The notes under the pieces were generated by a model, which was not told the origin of the DNA, did no database searches, and was given only the letters and a program-made list of their open reading frames with translations. Source: Bacilli bacterium (GTDB lineage: Bacteria; Bacillota_I; Bacilli_A; ML615J-28; CAG-698). Taken from it: a DNA stretch of 38,097 bases. Below are positions 7,611 through 15,977 of the stretch, one piece after another. The stretch spans positions 1 through 38,097 of the forward strand of contig JBFXGS010000003.1 of assembly GCA_050177775.1 (NCBI GenBank), given 5' to 3'. Made by a program: the position numbers and the translations under genes. The stretch's first letter is position 1. Every line of letters begins with the position of its first letter.

Positions 7611-9389
7611 ATGAATTTTGTGAAAATTAAAATAAATAATGAAATATTAGAATGTCCAAGCGATTGGACGATTATGCAAGCCGCCAATTCGGTCAACATT
7701 GATATTCCTCGATTGTGTTTTTTGAAGGATATAAATGAAACTTCGGCTTGTCGAATTTGCGTTGTTGAAATCGACGGAATTAAAGGCTTAAAAAACTCCT
7801 GTACGGTAAAAGTTTTTGATGGTATGAAAGTAAAAACCAACACCCAACGAGTAAAAAAAGCGATACGCAACAATCTTGAATTGTTAGCAGCCAATCATCG
7901 TTTTGAATGTTGGCGTTGTCCAAGAGAACACAATTGTGAGTTTTTACATTTGCTCAGACGTTACAATGTTCCCAATGATATCGGCGAAGATTTGTTTTAT
8001 GAAAAAAAATCGATTGTCAGCAATATAACGGATGCCTTGGTCATTGATAGTTCAAAATGTGTTTTATGCGGGCGTTGTATATCGGCTTGTGAAAAAGTGG
8101 CTGGAACATCCGTTCTCAATTATAACAACCGCGGTTTTGTTACTTTCGTTGGTCCGGCCATGAACCATCAAATGGATGATGCCGGTTGTATTTATTGTGG
8201 AAAATGCATCCAGTACTGCCCGACCGGAGCGATTAGAGAAAAAGAAGACGTGGATTTAGTCCTTGATCTTATCGATGACGAACAGCACTTTGTAGTCGCA
8301 CAAACCGCCCCCGGCGTCAGAGCCGCTTTAGGCGAAGAATTCGGATTTGAGATTGGCACAAATGTTGAAGGAAAAATGTTCCGAGCACTCAACGATTTGG
8401 GATTTAACGATATTACCGATACTAACTTTGCGGCTGATGTTACGATTATTGAAGAAGGCCATGAATTTATTGACCGTTTAAATAAACACTTTGCCAACGA
8501 ACCAACTTATTTACCAATGTTTACATCTTGCTCACCGGGATGGATTCGCTATATTGAAATATATTATCCCGAATTACTTAAACATTTATCTAGTTGTAAA
8601 TCACCTCAACAAATGCAAGGAGCTTTAATAAAACATTATTACGCGAAAAAGCTAGGGATTCCTGTGGAAAAGATTCGCGTTGTGTCCATCATGCCTTGTA
8701 TTGCGAAAAAAGCGGAAGCCAAACTTCCCCAAATGGAAGCCAATGGTATCCGCGATGTTGATTTTGTTTTGACTACCAGAGAATTAGCGCGCATGATAAA
8801 GCGCCGAGGAATAGATTTTAAAAATCTTGAACCACTGACTCCAACCAGCCCGTTAGCTTCTTATACCGGAGCGGGAGTAATATTTGGAGCAACTGGAGGT
8901 GTCATGGAAGCGGCGCTAAGGACCGTTAAAGAAAAGCTTGAAAACAAGCCCGTTGACTTAAATGCTTTTGCTGATTTGCGTGGCGTAAATGACGGAATCA
9001 AAGAAATGGAAGTCGAAGTTGCGGGGTTAAAGCTGACGGTTGCGGTTGTTCATGGTGTTAAAAATGTTCCTACTATGTTAAAGCGAGTTAGTGAAAATCC
9101 TGGTAAGTATGCTTTCATCGAAATAATGGCTTGCACGGGGGGCTGTGTAAACGGTGGCGGGCAACCAATCATCAATGCATACAAACTAGATCAAATTGAT
9201 GTTCGTGAAGAAAGAGCGAAAGCCCTATATAATATTGACTCGCATCTGGCAACCCGAAAATCACATGAAAATAAAGAAGTTCAAATATTATATGATACTT
9301 TCTTGGAAAAACCGGGAAGCCATATTGCTCATCAATTATTACATACAACTTATGATGCTCGTACTTTATATGAAAATAAGTCCCATTAA
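7611..9389 (+). CDS. hndD: [FeFe]-hydrogenase catalytic subunit, group A3 (HndD/HydA)
   Basis: N-terminal 2Fe-2S, His-ligated and 2x[4Fe-4S] domains; H-cluster motifs FTSCSPGW, MPCIAKKAE, EIMACTGGCVNGGGQP; C-terminal SHENK..HQLLHTTY. Confidence 0.95.
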   Translation: MNFVKIKINNEILECPSDWTIMQAANSVNIDIPRLCFLKDINETSACRICVVEIDGIKGLKNSCTVKVFDGMKVKTNTQRVKKAIRNNLELLAANHRFECWRCPREHNCEFLHLLRRYNVPNDIGEDLFYEKKSIVSNITDALVIDSSKCVLCGRCISACEKVAGTSVLNYNNRGFVTFVGPAMNHQMDDAGCIYCGKCIQYCPTGAIREKEDVDLVLDLIDDEQHFVVAQTAPGVRAALGEEFGFEIGTNVEGKMFRALNDLGFNDITDTNFAADVTIIEEGHEFIDRLNKHFANEPTYLPMFTSCSPGWIRYIEIYYPELLKHLSSCKSPQQMQGALIKHYYAKKLGIPVEKIRVVSIMPCIAKKAEAKLPQMEANGIRDVDFVLTTRELARMIKRRGIDFKNLEPLTPTSPLASYTGAGVIFGATGGVMEAALRTVKEKLENKPVDLNAFADLRGVNDGIKEMEVEVAGLKLTVAVVHGVKNVPTMLKRVSENPGKYAFIEIMACTGGCVNGGGQPIINAYKLDQIDVREERAKALYNIDSHLATRKSHENKEVQILYDTFLEKPGSHIAHQLLHTTYDARTLYENKSH

Positions 9390-9982
9390 AAGGGACTTAT
9401 TTCTTTGAGAGTAATCGAGTATAAGTCATAGTCAATTAAACCTGCGGCTTTTAACTTTTGTAATTCTCGGGACAAAGAAGGTCTTGGAATGTTTAAGTAT
9501 TGAGCCAACCGTTCTTTACTCTTTATCAAAACAACCGGATTTTGGTTTTCTTTCACAATTAAATTTAAATAAAACATAATCTTGTTGCGGATGGAAGTTT
9601 GGGAGATTATTTTCAATTTATTTTGTAATAACAAATGATTATTTCCTAATAGTTTTAAAAAATTTTCCAGAAATAAGCTATCTGTTTGGAATAATTCTAA
9701 TAACTTTGATTTGTTAATATAAGCTATTTCCGTATCCGAACAAGCAACAAAAGATCCTAAATAAATGGGATTGTTAGAGAATAATAAATATTCTCCGAAA
9801 CAATCATCTTTTTTTAAATGTGCAATGGTAAAACTTACCTCCGATGAATAGGTAATAATATCAATTTCCCCTTTTAAAATGACACCAAGATTTAAACAAG
9901 GCTCTCCTTCGGAAAATATGACGGTTTTAGCAGAATAAGCTTTTATGGTAAATAAAGACAAGTGTCGATTGAAAACGTTCAT
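9386..9982 (-). CDS. Crp/Fnr family transcriptional regulator, HcpR-like
   Basis: cNMP-like domain (IFSEGE, FGEYLLF); C-terminal HTH LAQYLNIPRPSLSREL. Confidence 0.88.
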   Translation of the reverse strand: MNVFNRHLSLFTIKAYSAKTVIFSEGEPCLNLGVILKGEIDIITYSSEVSFTIAHLKKDDCFGEYLLFSNNPIYLGSFVACSDTEIAYINKSKLLELFQTDSLFLENFLKLLGNNHLLLQNKLKIISQTSIRNKIMFYLNLIVKENQNPVVLIKSKERLAQYLNIPRPSLSRELQKLKAAGLIDYDLYSITLKEISPF

Positions 9983-9994
9983 ACAACCTCTCCT

Positions 9995-10037
9995 TGTAAC
10001 ATTGGTTACGGATATTTCATTATATTTTAGATATAAT
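9995..10037. promoter_or_regulatory. Crp/Fnr-type operator TGTAAC-N4-GTTACG with downstream TATAAT
   Basis: Palindrome at 9995-10010; -10 TATAAT at 10032-10037 puts the centre at about -41.5. Confidence 0.7.
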
Positions 10038-10057
10038 AAAAAGTAAAGGGGGAAAAC

Positions 10058-10999
10058 ATGAAGAAAATATTTATTTTATTGATAGTTGTGCTTTTAATTG
10101 GTTGTGAGTCAAATAAGGACTCCCTTTTAATTATGGTGCCATCAGGGATTCCTTTGATTGCTGTGGGTTCATTCTTGAAAGAAGACAACATAGAAATAAC
10201 CGATGTTAACAATCCCAGTTTACTAACGGCTGCCATGACTTCTAAAAGCCACGATATTGTTGTCGCCCCGTTAAACCTCGGAATTAAAGCTTACAACCTT
10301 GGGGATTCGTCGTATCAATTAGCCGGTATTTTAACTTTTGGAAATTCCTACATCATTACTAGAGAAACGCACCCGTTATCAAATGTTACCGATTTAGAAG
10401 GAACCAATATTTTAGCCTACGGGCAAAATAGCATCCCTGACATCGCGCTTAAAACGGTTTTACAAGATAGCAACATTAATGCGCAAATCGATTATCAAGC
10501 GAACATAAATTTGGTTGTTCCGTTTTTTATAAGTAATACCAACAATCCCAACGATGAATCAAACGCTGAATACTTGTACATTATGGCAGCAGAACCAATT
10601 ATTTCAATGCTAGAAATAAAATATCATTTAAACTTACGCTTATTAGACTTACAAGAAGAATTAAAAACGAGGATTGAACATCTTCCTCAAGCCGCGGTAT
10701 TTGTCAATTCGCGCAGTTCAAAACAAGATGAAATTTCCGAGTTTCTCAATTCATTAATAGTGGCAACAAATATGATTAACGAAGATCCCGAGCAATATGC
10801 AAAATCAATTTTTAACAATCATCCCTATTTTGAAAGTTTGACATTGGAAGTATTGCAAAGAAGTCTTCCCCGAAGTCAAATTGCTTTTGAAATCATAACG
10901 AGTGAATCAACACTTATTCACAACTATTATCAATTTATGATGAATTATGATGCGCAAATGACCGGAAATGCACTTTTGGATCAAGGATTCTATCGGTGA
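10058..10999 (+). CDS. NitT/TauT-family ABC transporter substrate-binding lipoprotein
   Basis: Lipobox LIGC; VPSGIP, DIVVAPLN, GQNSIPD, AEP and PQAAVFV motifs of SsuA/TauA-like binding proteins. Confidence 0.75.
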   Translation: MKKIFILLIVVLLIGCESNKDSLLIMVPSGIPLIAVGSFLKEDNIEITDVNNPSLLTAAMTSKSHDIVVAPLNLGIKAYNLGDSSYQLAGILTFGNSYIITRETHPLSNVTDLEGTNILAYGQNSIPDIALKTVLQDSNINAQIDYQANINLVVPFFISNTNNPNDESNAEYLYIMAAEPIISMLEIKYHLNLRLLDLQEELKTRIEHLPQAAVFVNSRSSKQDEISEFLNSLIVATNMINEDPEQYAKSIFNNHPYFESLTLEVLQRSLPRSQIAFEIITSESTLIHNYYQFMMNYDAQMTGNALLDQGFYR

Positions 11000-11727
11000 T
11001 GAAAACAACCAAAGGTTATTTTTTAAGTGGTTTATTGTTGCTATTTATAATATGGATTGTCAGCTCGATGTTTGTACAAAACGACTTGGTTATTCCAAGT
11101 TTCCAAGCGGTGGTAAAAGCCTTTCAAAAGATGGTGCTTGCTAAAACCACCTGGATGTCGCTAGGAAACACATTATTTAATTTGGTATTGGCCATTTTGA
11201 TTTGTTTTATCATCGCTTTAATATTAAGCCTTTTGGTCATTAACATTAAGCCCCTTGAAGTGTTTCTTAGTCCTCTTTTTGCTGTTCTAAGAACGGTTCC
11301 GATTATTGCCGTAATTGTTGTTCTTTTAATTGTGTTTGGTAACCAAAAGAGTCCGAGTTTAATTACAGGATTTGTGTTATTACCCATTCTATATGAACAA
11401 TATTTAACAACTTTTAAAACGACGCAACCGGCCCTGATTGATGATTTGAGTTTGCTTGGAGCAAGCAAATGGCAAACATTAATGTATGTCTATTTTCCGT
11501 TATCCAAACCGGTAATAACGTCCAGCCTCATCCAAGCTTTAGGTTTAGGTCTAAAAGCAATGGTCATGGCGGAATTTATAGCTCAACCGAAAAACACGGT
11601 TGGTTATCAAATAATGCAAAGTGTTACAACGCTTGACACGGCTTCGGTTTTTGCTTGGACAATCATCTTAATCATCTTCGTATTGTTTGGCGAAGGAACA
11701 ATTAAAAAAATAAGGATTGAGAAATGA
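10996..11727 (+). CDS. NitT/TauT-family ABC transporter permease
   Basis: About 6 TM segments; LRTVPIIA; EAA-like loop LLGASKWQTLMYVYFP; LKAMVMAEF. Confidence 0.85.
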   Translation: MMKTTKGYFLSGLLLLFIIWIVSSMFVQNDLVIPSFQAVVKAFQKMVLAKTTWMSLGNTLFNLVLAILICFIIALILSLLVINIKPLEVFLSPLFAVLRTVPIIAVIVVLLIVFGNQKSPSLITGFVLLPILYEQYLTTFKTTQPALIDDLSLLGASKWQTLMYVYFPLSKPVITSSLIQALGLGLKAMVMAEFIAQPKNTVGYQIMQSVTTLDTASVFAWTIILIIFVLFGEGTIKKIRIEK

Positions 11728-11746
11728 TAATTTTTCGTCCTTTTTT

Positions 11747-11775
11747 TTGACACCCTGCCATTTTTATGGTAAAAT
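11747..11775 (+). promoter_or_regulatory. Sigma-A promoter with overlapping near-palindrome TGACA-CCC-TGCCA (candidate TetR operator)
   Basis: TTGACA-17 bp-TAAAAT with TG extension. Confidence 0.65.
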
Positions 11776-11799
11776 AACTAAAAATAAAAGGGGGATACC

Positions 11800-12420
11800 A
11801 TGGGAATAATGACCTTTAAAAACCTCAAAAAAGATAAAAGACAAAGAATTCTTGCTGCCGCTTTTGAAGAGTTTTCCCCGCCGCCATGGGAACAAATCTT
11901 GGTATCACAAGTGGTTTTAAAAGCCCAAAGTCCACGAGGAAGTTTTTACCAATATTTTGATACTCTTTTTGATTTGTTTTTTGTTTTACTTGTTTCTTTG
12001 TTCGGAAGAAAACTCCCCCTTTTTAATGTTTTCTTAAGCGAAGCTAATTTTGATTTAAAGCAAGCTTTAAAAGGGCGATTTGCACGAATCATAAATCAAC
12101 TTGAGATTTATAGCAGCGGATACTTGCTAAGAAATTTACTTTATTTTAAAACAAATCGCCCTAAAGAAGTTTTAATGCTTGCCATTGATCCCAGCTTTGA
12201 CGATGATGTGATGGAAAGCATTTTGAAAAACATCAAAAAACCATCACCTTTTTTACTAAAAAACCTTGAAAAACATTTTGAACTTTGTTATTTAGGTTAC
12301 TTAGAAAAACCACAAGAAAAAGACAAGATTATTTTATATTTTAATCAAATATTGGATTTGCTATTAGAAAAAGAAGAAATAACAAGGAGAAAAAATGAAG
12401 TCATTATTAAAAATATATAA
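11800..12420 (+). CDS. TetR/AcrR family regulator (divergent HTH)
   Basis: TFKNL...KRQRILAAAFEEF...PRGSFYQYF. Confidence 0.8.
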   Translation: MGIMTFKNLKKDKRQRILAAAFEEFSPPPWEQILVSQVVLKAQSPRGSFYQYFDTLFDLFFVLLVSLFGRKLPLFNVFLSEANFDLKQALKGRFARIINQLEIYSSGYLLRNLLYFKTNRPKEVLMLAIDPSFDDDVMESILKNIKKPSPFLLKNLEKHFELCYLGYLEKPQEKDKIILYFNQILDLLLEKEEITRRKNEVIIKNI

Positions 12421-14161
12421 ACGAAGTTATTCAAAAAAATATCTATTTTATGCGATCTTTGCCATCATTTTTATGATTGGTGATGTTGGAGTTGCCTTAG
12501 CGATTCCGGCCATAACCAAAGGGATTTTTACTGAAATTAACAGTGGCCGCAACAGCCTCGAATTTGTTTATCAAACCGGTATTTTAGTTGTGGCCGTGGC
12601 GTTGGTTGCGGTTGTCACAACGATTTTGAATAACGTGTTTGCTCAACACTTATCCACAAAGATTGCCAGGGATTTGCGAAAAGATTTGTTTTCAAAAGTT
12701 CAAGACTTATCTTTTTCGAATGTTGATAAAATAACCTCAGGAACGTTATTAACCGTTATTGCCAATGACACTAACCAAATTCAACAAATCATCATGATGA
12801 GTTTCCGTGCCATTTTAAGAAGTCCCCTAACCTTGATAGGAGCGCTGGTGATGGCGTTTTTGACCAACAAGGATTTATTATATATTATCCTGATTGCCGT
12901 GGCGATTTTAGGCTTTTCCATTATCAAAATCATTACAAAGGCAGCTAAAATTTTTGCTTCACTTCAAGAAAAAACAGATGATTTAAATGAAAAATTAATT
13001 GAATCTATCAGCGGCGCTAGAGAGATAAAAGTGTTTCAAACCGAGAAAACCGATTTTGAGAAATTTGTGAAAGTCAATGATGAATATACCGATACCATTG
13101 TGAAAGCCAACAAACAAATGGCTTTGATGGATCCGATTATCGTGTTAATTAGTAATTTAGCAATTGGAGCGGTTTTACTTGCGGCCAGTTACTTAGTTTC
13201 TATTTATACAGGAGAAGCAAGAATGGCCATGGTTGGGACCATTTCCGCTTACATTTCTTACTTGCAACAAGTTATTATGTCCTTAATGATGCTTTCGATG
13301 GTCGCGGTTTCTTTGTCGCGAGCAGCAGTTAGTGCGGATCGAATCCAATTAGTGCTTAACACGAAAATTGATATAGTAAATAATGATCAAGCATTAAAAG
13401 GGATGGATATAAAAGGAGAAATTGAGTTTCGCAATGTTGCTTTTGGCTACACTGATGAAGAGGGCGATGATGCAAAAACAATTGATAAAATTAATTTTAA
13501 GATTGAAGCCGGTTCCACAGTCGGAGTAATTGGTTCAACGGGGAGTGGGAAAACAACGCTTGTTCAATTAATTCCTCGACTTTATGATGTGACGAAGGGA
13601 GAAGTTTTAATCGATAATCGCAATGTTCGCGATTATGATTTAAGTTTTCTCCGTGAGCAAATTTCCTATGTTACTCAAGAGCCGTTGATCTTTTCAGGTA
13701 CGATTTCTTCCAACATCAAACAAGGAAAAGAAACAAGCACGGATGAAGAAATGATGAAGGCAACATCCTTGGCGTGTGCTTCAGAATTTATTGAAAGTAT
13801 CCAGAATCAATACGATCACGAAGTAAATCAAGGAGGAACAAATTTATCAGGCGGTCAAAAACAACGACTATCCTTAACAAGGGCGTTGGTAAGAAACCCG
13901 AAGATATTAATATTAGATGATTCCATGAGTGCCGTGGATGCCAAAATCGAAGCCCAAATTAAAAACAACCTTAGTACATTATCTAATCAAACCACGATAA
14001 TTGTTGCGCAGAAGATTGCTTCAATTCGGAATTGTGACAATATTATCGTGCTTGATAATTCTGGGCACTTAGATGGGTATGGAAAGCATGAGCAATTATT
14101 AATGCAAAGCCGAGTTTATCAAGAGATTTATGCTTCCCAATTTGGAGGTCAACATGAATAG
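12395..14161 (+). CDS. Heterodimeric ABC exporter, TM287-like subunit
   Basis: TMD + NBD; GSTGSGKT, LSGGQKQR, degenerate Walker B ILDDS, Q at switch (VAQKI). Confidence 0.92.
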   Translation: MKSLLKIYKRSYSKKYLFYAIFAIIFMIGDVGVALAIPAITKGIFTEINSGRNSLEFVYQTGILVVAVALVAVVTTILNNVFAQHLSTKIARDLRKDLFSKVQDLSFSNVDKITSGTLLTVIANDTNQIQQIIMMSFRAILRSPLTLIGALVMAFLTNKDLLYIILIAVAILGFSIIKIITKAAKIFASLQEKTDDLNEKLIESISGAREIKVFQTEKTDFEKFVKVNDEYTDTIVKANKQMALMDPIIVLISNLAIGAVLLAASYLVSIYTGEARMAMVGTISAYISYLQQVIMSLMMLSMVAVSLSRAAVSADRIQLVLNTKIDIVNNDQALKGMDIKGEIEFRNVAFGYTDEEGDDAKTIDKINFKIEAGSTVGVIGSTGSGKTTLVQLIPRLYDVTKGEVLIDNRNVRDYDLSFLREQISYVTQEPLIFSGTISSNIKQGKETSTDEEMMKATSLACASEFIESIQNQYDHEVNQGGTNLSGGQKQRLSLTRALVRNPKILILDDSMSAVDAKIEAQIKNNLSTLSNQTTIIVAQKIASIRNCDNIIVLDNSGHLDGYGKHEQLLMQSRVYQEIYASQFGGQHE

Positions 14162-15977
14162 AGCACAAGCTTTTTCACGAGGACCTCGGTCTCGTTTTAC
14201 GGTCGTGGATATGCCGAAAGATAAGCATTTGCAAAGAAAAACGATCAAAAGGATTTGGCAATATGTAAAGCAGTATCCTTGGACCCTTGTTATTGTGGGC
14301 TTTGTTATTTTGTTTCAAGCGGCTTTTAATTTAGTGCTTCCTTACATAGTCCAAATTGCCATTGATGATTACATAAATATTGCGACTGTCGATTTTATGG
14401 CAGTGGTTTTCATCTTTGCTTCCGTGGCCGTTTTAACCGCCTTTACAGCTTTTGGCGCATGGGTACAAAGGATTTTAATTGCGAGTGCGGCCGGGAAAAT
14501 CACAAAGAAAATTCGGATTGATGCTTTTGGGAAATTGCAAAAATTATCCATTGAGTACTATGACAAAAACGCTCATGGGGACATTATGAGCGTCATTACC
14601 AACGATGTGGAAACTATTTTTATCGCCTTTTCACAAGTTGTTCCTCAGTTAATAAATGCGGTTATCATGATTATTGGCTCAATAACCATCATGTTTTTCA
14701 CAAGTTGGCACCTAACCTTAATTGTCATTTCCTTATTCCCGTTCATGTTACTGTTGGTTGCCTTTATTACGACAAGAGCTTTTAAACATTTTAAAATGCA
14801 ACATGCCAAACTGGGCGAAGTTAATGGAATTGTGAAAGAAGACATTGACGGTTTAAAAGTTGTCAAGTTATACAACCAAGAGCAAACAATGATTGATAAG
14901 TTTAGCGCCTCAAACGACCAACTGCAAGTTGCCAGCTTTAAAGCCCAAATTTACTCAGGCATGATGATGCCAATAATCAGATTGTTAGACAATATTTTAT
15001 ATGGGTTGGTTGTCGCGGTCGGGGCTGTTTTAAATATAAAATTGGGAGTGATTTCGGTTGGTAAAATTCAATCGATGACCAATTATTCCAAAATGTTTGT
15101 TCGCCCGATCAGCAATATTGCGCAAACTTATAACATGCTTCAATCCGCAGTCGCCGGTGGTTACCGAGTTTTTAGATTAATAGATGAACCGGATGAATAT
15201 GTAAATGATGCAACGACATCTCTTCCTCAAGATTGCTTTAATGTTCGCTTTGAAAACGTCAATTTTGGTTATGATCCCAATCAAAAAGTACTAAATGACA
15301 TCAACTTTGAAATTGCATCTGGGAAAACCATTGCGATAGTCGGGCCAACCGGAGGAGGAAAAACGACCATCATCAACCTGTTAAGTCGTTTTTATGACCC
15401 TGATTCGGGAAACATTTATATTGGAGGAAACAACGTTAAAGATTTCTCAAAACCAAGTGTCAGATCGCAAATGGGGGTTGTATTGCAAACAACATATTTG
15501 TTCAAAGGAACCATATTGGATAACATCAAATACGGGAACAAGGATGCCACTTTTGAAGAAGTTGAAGAAGCGGCGAGAACGGCCCAAGTTCATGACATTA
15601 TCGAACGTTTACCACGAAAATATCAAACCAAAGTAAAAGAAGGCGGGCGTAATTTTTCCCATGGTGAGCGTCAATTGATAGCTATTGCGAGGGCCATTTT
15701 AGGAAATCCATCCATTATTGTTCTCGATGAAGCCACATCGAGTGTTGATACAAGAACGGAGTCCAAAATTCAAAAAAGCATTGGATTCTTGGTTAAGAAG
15801 AGAACCAGTTTTATTATTGCGCATCGCTTGCAAACCATCAAAAATGCTGATTTAATTTTAGTTGTGCAAGAAGGAAAAATAACCGAGCAAGGCTCGCACA
15901 AAGAATTAATTGAAAAACAAGGTTTATACTATGAAATGTATTCTTTACAGTTTGGTGAAGTTGGGAAGGAGTCATAA
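14154..15977 (+). CDS. Heterodimeric ABC exporter, TM288-like subunit
   Basis: GPTGGGKT, degenerate signature FSHGERQ, canonical LDEATS and IAHRL; ATG 14154 follows GGAGG. Confidence 0.92.
   Translation: MNRAQAFSRGPRSRFTVVDMPKDKHLQRKTIKRIWQYVKQYPWTLVIVGFVILFQAAFNLVLPYIVQIAIDDYINIATVDFMAVVFIFASVAVLTAFTAFGAWVQRILIASAAGKITKKIRIDAFGKLQKLSIEYYDKNAHGDIMSVITNDVETIFIAFSQVVPQLINAVIMIIGSITIMFFTSWHLTLIVISLFPFMLLLVAFITTRAFKHFKMQHAKLGEVNGIVKEDIDGLKVVKLYNQEQTMIDKFSASNDQLQVASFKAQIYSGMMMPIIRLLDNILYGLVVAVGAVLNIKLGVISVGKIQSMTNYSKMFVRPISNIAQTYNMLQSAVAGGYRVFRLIDEPDEYVNDATTSLPQDCFNVRFENVNFGYDPNQKVLNDINFEIASGKTIAIVGPTGGGKTTIINLLSRFYDPDSGNIYIGGNNVKDFSKPSVRSQMGVVLQTTYLFKGTILDNIKYGNKDATFEEVEEAARTAQVHDIIERLPRKYQTKVKEGGRNFSHGERQLIAIARAILGNPSIIVLDEATSSVDTRTESKIQKSIGFLVKKRTSFIIAHRLQTIKNADLILVVQEGKITEQGSHKELIEKQGLYYEMYSLQFGEVGKES

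Noticed and set aside
12395-15977. Degenerate ABC motifs as sign of inactivation
   Set aside because: LDDS/Q-switch plus FSHGE asymmetry is the normal TM287/288-type heterodimer pattern.
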